DNA of 64,000 nt from Mobula hypostoma (GCF_963921235.1 NC_086097.1:158040001-158104000), one strand, 5' to 3'; positions 37,581-52,080 are shown, counted from the first letter of the stretch. Notes: a model not told the origin generated them from the sequence alone. Translations and numbers: made by a program.

Positions 37581-40500
37581 TAACAGGGGATCTGAAGTCA
37601 CATTGAGATGAGACAAGGACTGGTTGGACGTCCCTTCCATAGAAGAGATTATTAGATCAGTTTACTTTTTTTAAAACCAGCCTTTGTTTCATCTGGTTCT
37701 CTCAAAGATAAAAAAAGAATATGCAATTCCATTTCACCACGTCATGCTGAGAGTGAAACAAGTGGTTTCTGAATTGCCAGACCAGGAAGATAATCACTGA
37801 GCTCCTGAACTAGAACTGAACTGTATTCGAACCTGTCTCATGATGCCCCTGGACAGAGTCTTATAACAGGGAAACATGCTCTTTGTTCCACGAAATCCAC
37901 ATCAACCATCAAGCATCCTTTCACGTCCAACCTACACGGATCTCATTTTATTCTTCCTATATGCCCTAAACCTGTCTTCAATTCTACTGCTCACTGCCAC
38001 ACCAGGAACGATTGATCATGAGCAATTAACCTACCAACACACATGTCTCTAGATATGGGGTAGAAACCCCAGAGCATCCAGAGAAAGCCAATGATGTCGC
38101 ATTGCCAATGTACAAATTACACGTAGACTGCATCAGAGGTCAGGATTGAAATTGGATCACTGGAGCTGACCACAGCTCAACCAGCTCTGCTGGCTGTGTC
38201 ACTATGCTGCTCTTGCAAAAAAATGAAACTTGCATTTATACAGCACTTTCCATTATCTCTGGATGTCCAAAAGTAATTTAGAGTCAATTGAATATTTTTG
38301 TGAGTAATGTAAAGCACCAAATCACAATGAGACCTGCAATATTACCGATATTGTTCTGTGTATGAGCTATTTGCAACTATTTACCATACCCCTAGAATAA
38401 AGGTCAGCTTAAACATGAAAGCAAGTAAATTCACAGAAGATTGCATATACAAAAAACATGAAATTAAAATATAAAATTCCAGGAATACACAGTTGAGAAA
38501 AAACATAGTTAATAGTTCAAAGATGAGTTTATAACCTGAAATGCTAACACTTTCCCTTTCCATAAATGTTGCCTGACCTACTGAGTAGGACTAGAGAGGA
38601 CATGAACATGAAAAATAGGAACGGAAGTAGCCCATCTGGCCCCTAGGCTTCTCCTGTCATTTAATACGATTATGGCTAATCTGGCCCAGTCCTCAGTTCC
38701 TCCACTGTGCTAGATTTCTAGAACCCTCTGTTCCTTGATCATTCAAAACAGTATCTCCTTCACTTTATATACTTCGAATGATCTGGATAAATTGAACATC
38801 TTGCTTTTGCAGTTCCACTCCACATTCAGCAACCAAAGACATTGAAATAATGGACTGAACGCCAGTTGAAAATAAATAAAATAAACAATAAATCCTAGAA
38901 ACTTGAAAAGAATAGAAAATGCTGGTCAGATTACATCCATGAAAAGAGAAATACTAAGTGTTTCATGTCTGAGATCCTTCATCAGATATGGTTCTTCCTC
39001 GAGAAGCAAAGTGATCTTCTACTTTGGAAACACAAGAGACAGCAAATTCTGGAACCTGGAGCAACAAGCAATCTGCTGGAAGAATTCTAGGGGTCAAGCA
39101 ACATCTGTGGGATGAAGGAATTGCTGACATTTTGAGTTGAAACCCTGTAATTTTTACCAAAAAGAAAATGCTTTAGTCCTTTTTAGATAACACAGTGATT
39201 CTTTCTGGCTACAGATGAGTGAAGTTACAGAAGCACAAAAATATTACTTGGTTTTTTGTTTGTGGTAGACTACTTATACTGATCCAAATCTGATTCACAA
39301 TGCAGTGTTCTATACATCATAAAAAAATGACCTTCTCTGTACAGATTATTACCAGTTTTAACTACGTAACCTGAGAATCTTTATTCATTGTAGGTGAAGT
39401 TTCAAAGAAGGACGAGAACTACAAGAGAATTATGATGATGACCTGTCAGTAATTATATATTTCACTGTTCAAATCTTGTCACGGTTCATACTCATCAATT
39501 TCAAAACCTTGCAAAGAAAATGGTGAAGAATTTCTTCATTTACTAAAAGTAGACCAATATATAGTATGTTAAGCCTTAATAAGCCACTACGAGAGAAATG
39601 ATTAACTTAAGAATTTTGAGTGATGGCTATAGAATCAACAAGACTAAGCTTTTGGATAGATTATATTTGCATCTTTTTGCTCGCGATCCCCAAACTGTCC
39701 AATTTCAAAATATGTCAAAAGCCATATATCCTTTGAAGCAAAACTCTCTATCAAATTTCTCCCTAATTTTTTCCTGTCTGTTTTATTCCAAGAAATTAAA
39801 CAATATATTTTACTCATTGTAAACACTGCAGAGAGTGTGAAGAGTACAGATGCTGAAATCTGAATCAACATACAAAGTGTTGGAAGTTTACTCATTGTAA
39901 CAGGAATCTAGTCAATGGAGCATGTTGAATTCCCCAGGTCTTCTGAGAAAATAGAGATGGTAATATGCATTTTGGACCATGGCATCAATATGGTTGGACC
40001 AAGAAAAACTATTGGTGGTATTTGCATCTGTAAATTGTAGCTCTTAACCACCTCACCTCAGCACCGTTGAAAGAGACAAAGATATGTGCCCCATTTTCTT
40101 AAGTCACTGATTTGCTCCAAAGAAAGGGAAACACTAACCAAGGTGGATGACTAGCAACAGAAATTGCCAGACAGAGTAACCAAGTTACTAGGAGTTGCAG
40201 AATTTGTTATTGAGTTCAGATGGCTACAACAAGAGGTATATTTCTTCAGACCTAAGTTTGGCCTGCAAGAAAGTACAGGACAAAGTGACTGCTGACAAGT
40301 GGTTCTAAATTGCTGCTTCACTTGGAAAGACTGTTGATTCCCTGGATGGTGGAAAGGGACAGGTTAAAAGAACAGATATTCCGTAAGAAAGGAAGTGGTG
40401 GTAGTGACAGAGGAATGAATATTCAAAGGGATTCGTAGCATTTCAAATGCTGAGGGTGGAGTTAAGAGCAAGATGTGTCTAGTGATGAAATCTTGTAGGA

Positions 40501-43265
40501 GCTAGCAAAAACTGCAAAGGCTTACACATTGAGTGCAAAGACTGAAAATGTGAATTAGAGAATGCTATCCTTCATCTCTTCAGAGGGAAAGGGATTGAGC
40601 ACAGAGGTTTGGAAATATATTAGATCCAGTCAAGGGCTTTGTCAGCTGTGGTGGATTAACACCAAGATTCAGAAGGAAAATATTTCAGAAGCATCTGTAC
40701 GAAAAGGATCAAAGCAATTGTTACAGTAGTGACAGAGGAACTGGAAGAGTAGGTCAAAGACCTCTGTTGGTCAGAGTTGACCACAGATATTGCACCCTAG
40801 CTGTCTAGGTTTGAGATCAAAGTTTTCCTTCTCCTAGATAAACTGCCAACCATGGCTGACAAGCCACATTTGCCTGAAGCGACTGGTTTTAAGGTGCCAA
40901 TAACCCACCTTTGCCCCCTTCTCCTGTCAGTAGAAATGGTTTTGTCAGGCTTAGTATTTCTTTGTCCTCTCTGCCCCTCATTCTCTCTGCAACATAATAT
41001 ATGTATCCCTTTTTGTCATTGACCTAAAATATTGACTCAGCTTCTCTCCCTATCTCTGCTGCCTGACTTGCTGAGTAATTCCAGCATCTTTTATGTCCTA
41101 TTTTTGTTTCAAGCAATAAAACTGTTTTTGATTTATGCTCTGTACTTCTGTTGGAATAATTTTGTACCAAATTTGTGCATTTCACATTAAAAAGTTGAAT
41201 TAATGGTTTCGCTGCTTGATCAACAACAAACTATTTCTTGAACATGTCTTTGGGCAGTAAACTCCATCTGCTGTTCCTGGCATAATTACCTTAATAGATC
41301 CTAATCCTTTGTCGCCTGGTTGCATTGCTCTTTTTCCTATTTTAGCATCACCTCAGGAGCTAAAATTAGTACTTAGTGCCCTCTTGCTTTGCTATAAAGC
41401 AGGGACAACACTGATTAATTTTGCAGGATAAAATGTAGCAAAGCTGTGAAAGCACTAAGTTTGCAACCAAATTAGTCTGGCCCGTTTTTTTCCATGTTAC
41501 AGGCAGCCAAGTGAAATAGCCATAGACAATTTATGAATGGTAATCAAAGGCACATCATTAATTCTCTGTGCCAAATTGGTCTGGCTTGAGTAGTGTAGGC
41601 ATCAGATCTGTAATTTTATGTTCCTCAGCTCCTGATAATCCCAGCAGCAGGAAGCTTCACTGGAAAGATAAATACAAACATATTCTTATTTACTTGGGAA
41701 GCAGCAGATATATTGGAATGGATGGTTTTAAATTTAGTAAATATTAAGGGCTAAAATAGGGGAGAAATTTGAATAAAGTGCTAACTAGTTCAAGAAGGAT
41801 TCTAATAGGTGAATTTGGAAGCAGGTGTGACAACTGAATGGGTGGCCTGATAAAGAGAATAACACGCAGATAACAGGAGTTTAAGAAGATCGTCAGCAGG
41901 CTGTAAAATATCATTGAGGTTGATTCAAAATGGGTTTTATGCTAACAAGGATTTTGGGGCATTGATGTTCAGAAATGTTTCAACCGCTTGCTAACTTGCT
42001 TTTGGTTTCCCTGTTTGACAAGAGCCTTTTGTCATTAATTTAAGATACTGTCCTAAATTACAGCCCCTCATTATTCTATTGGTAATCTTGGTTTAAGGCC
42101 AAAGGAAGTTTGGTTAGATATGGTTATCACCACCCAAGGAGCTATCATTGTGGCATGTTATACAAAAGGATAATACATTCAAATGGTGAATTGATTGATG
42201 GACCACATTTGTGCCTTTGAGCATTGTTTGCATTGATTTAACTGGCCCTGCTCTGCGGTTAGGCTGCCCAGAGGCACACCACATAATTGGATGGATAGTA
42301 CATAGGCAGGAGGTGGTACATCTGTGATCTACCACAATAATTATATTTAATTTCTTCCTTTCTGTTGTGTAGTGCACAGGGAGAGGCTGCTACATTGATG
42401 TCTCTGCTGAGACAGCTCAAGGAACAGATGCAACAATTGAGCTGAAACTGTATTTTGCAGTTGCCCAATAGGCAATGGTGGCAACCAGAGAAATATTGAG
42501 AGTGCTCACTGTATCATACAGGATCCATGCTGATATAACTGTTCAATATAGTTCTATCCACTTCATTTAACATGTAATAATGTTCCTCAAATATACTTGT
42601 GCCATTTTTCAAATAATAGAATAAAAAATAGACCAGTATGAAATTTTATTCTCCGTTGTATCTCTCAATTGTCCAATGGGAACCAGTCCTCATTCAGTTC
42701 AATTCCAATAAAACGAATCACTAGCAGAGACCAACTTGCAAGAGTTTCTTTCACTGGGCACAGTTGAATTAAGTTATTGGACTATCCATCAAAGATCTGG
42801 ATGATATGACTTGTACCAATGTGACAACCAGGAAAATTAAATTTAGGTAATTAGATCCAAAATCTGGAATAAAATGCTCCTTTCATCACTAACGTTGACT
42901 GTATTTTTTGTGTGACTGTAGTTTGCTGATAGCTTACATGTGCTATATGTACTTAGTGCTCTGTGTGATTGTTGGTACTGTGTTTTGCATCTTGGCCCCA
43001 GAGTAATGCTGTTTCATGAGTATTCATGTATGGTTGATTGACAATTAAATTAAAACTTGAACTAGGACACCCACCTTTTTCATTGACGTCTTCGCAGTAA
43101 AGAAGCTAGCTGCCCTTACACATTCTGGCCTAAATGTGATTTCAAACCACATCAATGCAGTTAACACTTAACTGCCTCCTCAGTTAATAATGAGCAATAA
43201 CATTGGTAAACTGCTTTACTATTGTCAGATTGTAAAGTTGTCAAAGATAAGTGGGCATAAATTTA

Positions 43266-44056
43266 GAACATAAGACCATCTGGTACAGGAGCAGAACTAG
43301 GCCATTTGCCCCTTCGAGTCTGCTCTGCCATTTCATCATGGTTGATTCAATTTTCCTCTTAGTCCAATCTCCTGCCTTCTCCCCTTATCCCTTCATGCCC
43401 TGGCCAATCAAGAATCTTTCAACCTCTGCCTTAAATATACATAAAGACTTGGTCTCCCCAGATGCCAATGACAAAGAACTCCACAGATTTACCACTCTCT
43501 GGCTAAATAAATTCTTCCTCATCTCCATTCTAAAAGGACACCCCTCTATTCTGAGGCTGTGTCCTCTGGTCATAGACTCTCCCATCATAAGAAACATCCT
43601 CTCCACATCACCTCTTTTGAGGCATTTCACTACTTGATAGGTTTCAATGAGATCATCCCTCATTCTTCTGAATTCCACTGAATACAGGCCCTATGCCATC
43701 GAACGTTCTTCATATGACAAGGCATTCAATCCTGGAATCATTCTCGTGAACATTCTATGAACCCTCTCCAGTTTCAGCACATCCCTTCTAAGATAGGATG
43801 CCCGATATTGCTCGCAATACTCCATGTGAGGCCTCGCCCATGCCTTATAAAGTCTCAATGTTATATCCTTGCTTTTATATTCTTGACCTCTTGAAACAAA
43901 TGCTAACATCATATTTGCCTTCCTCAACACAGACTCAATCTGCAAATTAACCTTTAGGGAATCCTGCACAAGGATTTTCAAATCCCTTTGCACCTCTGCT
44001 TTTTGAATTCTCTTGCTATTTTGAAAATAATCGATCCTTTCATTTCTTCTACCAAG
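43266..44056 (-). mobile_element. CR1 LINE 3' portion
   Basis: VQRDLKILVQDSLKVN..RPHMEYCEQ..LERVHRMFTRMIPG and EFRRMRDDLIETY..TRGHSLRI. Confidence 0.92.
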
Positions 44057-44319
44057 GTAAGAGGAAGTCATTTTTAAGAAGGTCTGAGGGCTAAGTCTTT
44101 GACATAGAGTGACTGATATCTGGAACTTGCTGCCAGAGGAGGTGGTGGAATGAGATAGTCATTACTTTGAAGTCGTATTTTGGCAGGGTATATAAGTATA
44201 CGGACTCAATGTAGGAAAAGACAATTAGGGTAGGCGGGTAAAAAATGTGGCATAAAGGTTCATATCGGTGTTGCACACCTCTCAGCACCAGATACCTGGC
44301 TCAAAAATTTGATTAGAGT

Positions 44320-44755
44320 GCACTTAGAGCAGTGTGTATAATTCTAGTCACCACAGCACAGGGAAGAGTGTGGCAGCCCTAGATAGAGTGTAGAAGAGAT
44401 GTACTAGGAGGTTGCCTGGAATACGGAGCTCTAGTTATCAGGGGAGAGTGGATAGTCTGGGTCAAGTCAAAATCATATTGAACTGGAGGGCACAGGTCTA
44501 AAATGAAAGCAGAGCAACTTAAGAGGGTTCTGATGGGTAAGTTTTTTCTCACAGAGGGTGATGAATATTTGGAAGGAGCAATGGAGGCGGATACATTTAT
44601 AATGTTTAAAGAGCATTTGGACAGATACTTGTACAGGAAATGCATGGAAGCATAAAGACAGAGTATGAAATAGGATCAATGTAGAGAGGCATCATTGGCA
44701 AAGTGGCCATTAGAGCCCATGTCTATGCTGTACAGTACATTACTATTATTCTATA
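44320..44755 (+). mobile_element. CR1 LINE 3' fragment, decayed
   Basis: LDRV.KRCTRRLPG, TGGHRSK and FFLTEG-like remnants, plus CR1 3' UTR. Confidence 0.65.
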
Positions 44756-47700
44756 ACTTCAGGAAATGTCCGTGAGTTGTTTGCCCTTTCCCCCTGTGAC
44801 TGTGTGGAGGTTCTGGTTTCCTCCCAACCCCAAAGATAGGTTAGTGGTTTAATTTGACACTGTAAACTTCTTTGATTGTGTGGGGGTTGATAAAAATGTA
44901 GGGAGATTTTTTAAAAGATATGATTAATGTAAGATTAATGCAAATATGCAATTGATTGGTGGCATACACTCGATGAGCAAATGGACCTGTTTCTATACTA
45001 TATCTCTCAATGTATCTATGTATAATTCTAACCAGCTCTGTAGTATTGTCAAAGCTGCTCTAAACCAGCTGGAGAGTGAAAGACCCATCCATTGTTTCCT
45101 TTAGATTCAACTCAGTCTTAGCTCACTTTCTACCTTGCACTCCCCATGAACTTAATCTCATGCGAAAACCTTACTGCTTTTAACTTAACTATTGTCTGCC
45201 TTAATATCACCTGTTGATTTTCTGGACTGCATTAGCCTGAGGTCCAACGTTGCTTTAATTTTTGAAGATCTCCACAACGTCAAATTCATGGCATTGCCTT
45301 TCCCTTTCTCTTCAATCTCTACTATCACAACACTCCAAGAGCACCCAGTTCCTCCATTTTCCAACTCTCATTTTTCTCCAGTTTATCAATAATGGCCTCA
45401 CTTTCAATTACCTTTATCCTAAGCTCCTCCTTGTACTTATTTATTTCTGTTTTATAATATTCTTTAGACCTACATCTTTGACTAAGTTTTAATTGTCGTA
45501 TATTCTTGTGGCTTTGTCCATTAAAACACAATGGCTTTATTAAAATATTATTTTACTGAGTTCCCATGAAAACTAATTTCCTTTATTGTTGGTTCCCATT
45601 CTGCCAATGCTGCTTGATTTGATAAGCATTTCCACTTCTTGTTTTTATATAAAATGAAAACAGTGAATGCTGAAAATATTTAGCAGGTTAGGAAGTCAAT
45701 TAGCTGCTGTGGAGGGAGCAGAGTTAACATTTAAAGTAAAATATTTTCTGTCATTGCTGAAGACGGATTTTTACATTAGCAGTGACTATGAAAGCCCATC
45801 ATTCTTAAATGTTAACAGCTTATCTATCCAGAAATGCTGCCAGACCAACTGGGTATTCCAACCATTTTCATTTTTATTTCATAATCTGTAATAGTTCACT
45901 TATTGATTCCTGTTTTATATAATTTTTAACATCTTCAATGTTTTATCTTTAAAAACAAACTTTTGCTGTGCTAAAGCTAACTGAAATATTATTTTCCAAA
46001 ATACCTTTGAAAAGCACCATAAAAATCTGTGTGCAAATACTATATTATTCTCCTTGAAGAATTAAAGGGCATGGTGTCTTGAACTTGATTTTCAATGCCT
46101 TTGCACAAATCACTCAAGTATTTTCTGTCACTGAAAACAGATTTTTTTTTACCAAAGAAAAACTCAGATTGTCATGGTTACCATGAAGATGTAAGTTTAT
46201 CTCTATACCCAATTTCCATCCATACATAATTATTGTCTTGTTAGACTTTGCTTGATATGAAAATTGACCTAAAACAGTACCACTGTTAACAAGAGTGCTC
46301 TCATTTCACCATTGAGAGATTAGCATTTCACGCCATCTCTGGATGAATTTGCCATGAGAACTTTCAACCATTGTTCATTTCATTCTACCTTTCAACATAG
46401 ACACGCTTGTGTAAAGTTTTAAAAATGTGATTGAATCCAGAATTATAATTTAAAGTGGAGGAGTGTAGACGAGGATAGATGTGGTCAGAAGCCCTGAAGG
46501 CATTGTCAACATGAGATCCATGAGTTTCGCTATAATATTGGATACCACTATTTCATGATTGCACACAAACTGGGACAACACAGCTGCTTGCCTCACACAG
46601 TTTCTAATGAATCCTAAGGACATTCAAGCAAGGATTTTGTGTCTTTGGCTCTTACTAAATACCATGGAAGTCATGTTGGCAGCAGAGACGCGGTGCCTTG
46701 TTTTGTCAAAATATAAGTGAGGAATGTCTGTTTAGTCAAAGGATAAAGAAGGTTTAATAATCTTATATATCCAGCAATAATCAATGCACATCTTCCACAA
46801 CACTCAAAAAGTTCTGGAGGATTTCAGCAAATCAGACAGCATCTGTGGAAGGGAATAAATTAATGACATCTTGGGCTGAGGTCCTACCCTACAATTCTCT
46901 TCTTGTCCAGCCAATAAGATTAAATTATTTCTCTCTATTTTCTTCAGCACATGTTCACCAAAGCACTCCTAAACTCTTATCTTGGGCGGCATGGTGGAGT
47001 ATCTGCCATTATCTGTAACACATCTGTACATTCTCCCCACGACCATGTAGGTTTCCTCTGGGTGCTTCAGTTTCCTCCCACATTCCAAAGATGTAATGTT
47101 AGAGTTAGAGGTTTAGGCATCCTATGTTGGCACAGGAAACAGAGTGATACATGCATGCTGCCCAGATCAAAATCTTCGTTGATTTGATTTGATGTGAATG
47201 ATTCATTTTACTGTATGTTTCAATGTACATGTGACAAATAAAGATAATCTTAATGTTTAATCTTTATATTGCTCATTCCAAACATTCACCAAACCACAGT
47301 TAAACATCTTTCTTAATCATTTCCTGCTTTTAATTCTTCACTTGCTTCTGTAACTCTGGCATTCACAGCAAGCCAGTACTGTTCTCTCTCTGCCTTTGCA
47401 GAATTCAATCCATTCTACTGGTGATCTGATACTCAGTTTACATATCTTCATACCATATGGTGTCCATGTATTTTCCTGCATTTTTGGGTGGTTGTGATGA
47501 TTCTGGATTCAGCCAATTGATCCTTGATTAATCTATTACATCATATTGATGTTTCTGTTTCCTCTTTTCCTGCATCACTTTCTGAGAAAACAAATGCAAT
47601 TCCTTGTGTTTTAAGATCTCTTTTCTTACTCAGCTTTCGTAGTGTCAAATTTCCAAAGTAGAACTTCTTTACACATACATCTCCTGTCTCATACTTCTCC

Positions 47701-48755
47701 AGTCATTTCTGGAGACAGTGATCATTTTCTTCTATAAATTCCCTCCAGCAAACATAGGTTTGGAACTTGCCATATGCATGTACAATTGCTAAAAGGTCAT
47801 TCATTTCTTCCACTAACATGAAACTTTCAAAGCCACTCTTCTGGCGTGTTATATTTTGTAACTTCAAAACATTAAACAAATTGTAAGAAAAAGACGGTAG
47901 CCCAAGAGATCCGAGCCTTAGGTTTGTTTCTCACTTTAAAGCAAGGTGCATACATAAGACACAGTAGCATCTGACGAATGCAGTTCACATATAACCTATA
48001 ATGAATTATTTAAATGAAGAAGAATGCTTAATCAAACAATATCTTTACAATCTTACCAAATAATACTGAAATATTAAATACACAACACTCCTCTCTGCTT
48101 AGCTATAAATGCCAACTCAGCATAGAATGCTTTGCAACTTATATATGCAGTATATATTTTCTAGATAATACAACTTCCGTATACAGGCATCCACATCACA
48201 GTATATTGTAAATTGTCCTATTCAGGCCGAATGATTTAATCACTCTGGAAGATTTCCTCCTCTTGTGAGATAACACCTTTCCTGACAAGGGAGGCCACTC
48301 TGCTTGGCAGGTAAGGCTGGTTGCTGTGAAACAATCTCAGCTTCTGGGTCCTCCTCCATGGTGGTTGTAGGAGTTGATTCTGAGACTGCAGGAAGTGGCT
48401 CTGACAGCTTTGGACACCTTTCTTCTCCTTTTCTCAGCTTTTCTCTCCGAATCTATTTTGATCCTTTCCTCTCTCCAAGGCTCTGTCTCTTTCTTTCCTT
48501 TCCGCTCATTTTCTTCTTTCTAGGATGCGTATCTTGATCTTGGGAAGGTGCATTTAATTCACCAGAGTATTCTCTTATTAATCCTTCTATTGCTCCCTTC
48601 TGTCCTCTTTGTTTCCTTATTGACAACATCATCCAATGAAACTTCTGTTTTTGTACCTCCATTAATTCCTTTCTTTTTGGTCTTCCATTTTTGGCCTTTG
48701 CTTTTTATCTCCCACTTGAAGTTCATGCAATAGCCTTAATGTATGCAGAGTAAAT

Positions 48756-49596
48756 TTCAATGATTCAATGGTTCAATTTAAAATCAGAGAATGTATGCAG
48801 TATACACCTGAAACTCTTACTCTTTGCAGACGTTCCATGAAACAGAAAAAAGTCCAAAGAATGAATGACAAAGACTTCAGAAGACAAAAGCAACACCACC
48901 CCCACGCATAGGCAGTAGCAAAATCATTAACCCTACCCTCCCACATGCTCCAAAAAACACACCAACACCACCACCCCCACACCATGCAAGCAATAGCAAA
49001 GCCCCCAAAGACACCGTGATCTAGAGTCCATTAAAAAACTACAGTCCATCCCAACACTTAGGTATCACAAACAAGTTTTCTCCTTCTAGTGAGGGTGAGA
49101 GATGACACTCCTGCAACAAACAAGAGCAAGAGACCAGCAAGCAGAATACTGTTTCAATGTTACAATCTTCCACATCACTTCTCCGAGTGCCTGACTCGAG
49201 GGCTGATAGGCTCACTCACTATCGAGAGGGAGAGAGAGAGGATTGCTTGAGTGCAAGGGTTTCTTCTGATAGCAGTGAACACTGCCTGCTGTCTTAATGC
49301 TTAAGTCTCCCACTGTACTTCAGTCACCAAGTCACGATATCGGTAAGGAGCCAGATCATCTACGAAAGCACACGTCTTCCAGGCCAAACCTGGAGATATC
49401 AAAATACCAGGCCACTTGTTGAGTCCAAGAACGAGATCCCGCTAATTGTGGAGAACCATAACTGTAGATCACGTACTCTGACAGAACCACTGCCACCTTG
49501 AAAAGAAAAGAAAGACATGGGAAAAGAAGAATAAGCTGTTTTGTGGATAAACCAGAAGATGTTGCCTTGGTCTGCAAAAATCTCTGGTGCCATCTT
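48756..49596 (-). mobile_element. Unnamed AAGATGG-headed non-coding repeat nested in the LTR element
   Basis: Starts aagatggcacc (minus strand) and ends in a (CATTGAA)-type tail. Same 5' and 3' architecture as 58381-59350. Confidence 0.6.
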
Positions 49597-50894
49597 TTCT
49601 AACTCCTCCTCCCAGGTGAGCCAGTGTCCATTTCCATTTTAATTAATTTGCCGTTCTTCTGTAGTGTAAGCCATATTGCTTGTCTATTGTTAGTTTTCAT
49701 ATTATAAATCTCAAGCGTATGCATTCCTGTGTAACTCTCATCATTATCAGATTTTACATCAACAGCATGCAGGTAAGTGTTCTTTTTAAAACTGCAATTT
49801 GACTTTTAATTTTTTCTCTTCCCTGAGGTTCCAATGTTTCTGTAATTCATTTTTTGGGTATTTTTCTGATCTGTGGATATCTATGTAGAGCAAGAATTTC
49901 AGGCTGTATACCATATATATTCTCGGCTTGCTGGCCCGACCTGCACATTATATGTGTTGTACTTAGTCACATTTTCTGCAAGTTTCACCATGAAACCTGC
50001 ACTGGCTTGGTGTATATGAGCCCCAGATAAGTACTGCAACACAATTTGTTTTAGCCAGGCCGGTTTCTCTTTTGACCCTGCAGTTTTGTTTACACTCACT
50101 TTCATTCTCGACTGCAACTCAGTTGTGTCTCCGTCAGCTGTTTCCATTGACACAGCTATTTCAACTGATCTTTTAAATGTAAGTTGTGCTTCAGTTAAGA
50201 GCTGTTTTGAATACTTTCTTCCAAGATTCCACAAACTAAAGGATCTCTCAGTACATCATTAAGCCCATTATTGAACTGACAATGCTCAGACAACATCTTC
50301 AATTCAGTCATGTACGCTGAAATGGACTCCCCTTCCTCTTGATTCTGCTTATGGAAACTAGAACATTCTGCAATCAACAATGGGTTTGGTTCTAAATGTC
50401 CTGCATTGCATTCATGCTATCAGCAAAACTCATTTTGGCTGCTTTGGTTGGAGCAGTTAAATTCCTAAGCAAACTGCTTTTCTACCCAATGCACTCAGCA
50501 AAACTGGTACTTTTTTCTCATTTGTTTCATTTGTTTCAAAATACTACTCAACATGTTCGGTTCACATATTCCAGTTATCTCTTGTGCAATTGAATGCATC
50601 TATCTTTCTCATGTAGCCAGCCATTTCTTCTTTTTTTTATTTATGATTATTATCACTTGATACTCAATGTTTATGGCCATGAAATCATCCATTTTCTGCT
50701 TTTTTTAAAAACTCAGTCGACTTTTCCTGTTGTGAAGAAAGCATGCTGTGTTTTTTTTTAATTCGACCATTTCTCGCTGTGCTTTCTTTTAACATGAACA
50801 TCTCATTGCGCTTTCTTTTAATGTGAATGTCTCTCTGTGCTTTTTTAAAATTTGAATGTCCCACTAAGTTTCAACGGATAGTTAGTCATCTTGG

Positions 50895-51127
50895 AACATA
50901 CATCAAAGTTGCTGGTGAACGCAGCAGGCCAAGCAGCATCTGTAGGAAGAGGTGCAGTCGACATTTCAGGCCGAGACCCTTCTGAAGGAAGTCAGTTAGT
51001 CCTGATGAAGGGTCTCGGCCTGAAACATCGACTGCACCTCTTCCTACAGATGCTGCTTGGCCTGCTGCGTTCACCAGCAACTTTGATGTATGTTGCTTGA
51101 ATTTCCAGCATCTGCAGAATTCCTGTT
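50895..51127. mobile_element. Penelope-derived inverted pLTR insertion (88-bp palindrome)
   Basis: Arms 50895-50982 and 51007-51094 with 2 mismatches. 14-bp TSD GTTAGTCATCTTGG at 50881-50894 and 51128-51141. Confidence 0.88.
50998..51033 (+). ncRNA. Minimal type I hammerhead ribozyme motif
   Basis: AGTC-CTGATGA-A-GGGTCTCGGCCT-GAAA-C-ATC^GACT. Stem I is AGTC/GACT; core CUGAUGA and GAAA; NUH triplet AUC (CpG-decayed from GUC). Confidence 0.65.
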
Positions 51128-52037
51128 GTTAGTCATCTTGGGTTTGTTTAAAACTTCTTTGTCACCACAGTTATATTTTGTAACTCCAAAACATTAAGCT
51201 AATTGCAAGAAAAAGACGGGAGTCCAAGAGCTGTGTGTCTTAGTTTGTTTTATACTTTAAGCGAGATGTGTACTAATGACATTTGTAGCATATTGATGTA
51301 TACATTCACATATTTTTACATATAAACCATAATGTATTATTTAAATGAACAAGAATTCTTAATGAAACAATATATTTACAATACTCAAATGCCACTGAAA
51401 TATTAAATACACAACATGAGGCTACTTTTGGATCTTGCAAGGAGGCTTCAAGCTGTCAAATTATTTTTTTCTCTGCTGTGTTATGACAAGCTTGTTTTGG
51501 TTCACACCACTACCTTAATTTTGGTACAGCTCCACTGGAGATATTCAATATCTTCTATAATTCAGATTTGCTTTACGTGTAAGAAAGGAAAAAAATCTTT
51601 TTTAGTTTGGCCCCTCAGAGCTTCCCCATTCTTTCTTGTCTTCAGTCTTTGTCTTCAGGCAGTGATAGCTGTGACCTTTAGAGAGTTTAGTTCCATCTGG
51701 TTTGTGCAGCATTCAAAGGAACTGGCATTCTTTCTCCTTCATGATGCATTTGTCAACATTTATCTTGAGCACAGCCTTTCTACTTCTTTCCATTGCCTTA
51801 TGGAGATGACAATCATAAGCTTTTCTATATGATCTATATGCAAGGCATTCATTTTTCAGATCATAAGTCTTACATGGCCTCCTTTCATTCTGGCTCCTAA
51901 TTAATTGTTTCTGTTCTCCAAATGCGTCAAAATTTCCTTTTCCAGTAGTGATCGGGAAATTGTCACCATGTTCCTGAACAATCATTGTATCCATAGCCTG
52001 TGTCTTCATCCCTTTCACAGTTTTCCACTTGTTTTAA

Positions 52038-52080
52038 CCAATTTCCCCTGGGATCAATAAAGTATGACTATGACTATGAC
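52038..52080 (+). mobile_element. Ultra-short Rex1 tail insertion
   Basis: ccaatttcccctgggatcaataaag(TATGAC)3, with TTTAA direct repeats at 52033-52037 and 52081-52085. Confidence 0.7.

Larger units (their letters stand above)
47847..51416 (-). mobile_element. Ty3/Gypsy element with both LTRs (47847-48087 and 51169-51416), decayed gag, pol largely deleted
   Basis: LTRs (t/a)gttatattttgtaac...attaaatacacaaca. On the minus strand a PBS-like tggtgacaaag follows the 5' LTR and PPT aagcagagaggag precedes the 3' LTR. Gag FHKQNQEEGESISAY..LSEHCQF..LRDPLVCGI..LLTEAQLTF; integrase tail ERCYLTRGGNLP. Confidence 0.9.

Noticed and set aside
39394..39450. Possible plus-strand exon after tttattcattgtag
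   Set aside because: Weak donor, no partner exons, unrecognisable translation.
39880..40750. Apparently unique sequence
   Set aside because: Shows faint similarity to a reverse-strand Penelope ORF end around 40200-40270; too decayed to delimit or to treat as a functional island.
48420..48755. CT-rich segment with a lysine/arginine-rich antisense ORF
   Set aside because: Low-complexity composition explains the ORF, and it could not be assigned to any family.
50886..51100. Near-identical ORFs on both strands
   Set aside because: Artefact of the 88-bp palindrome.
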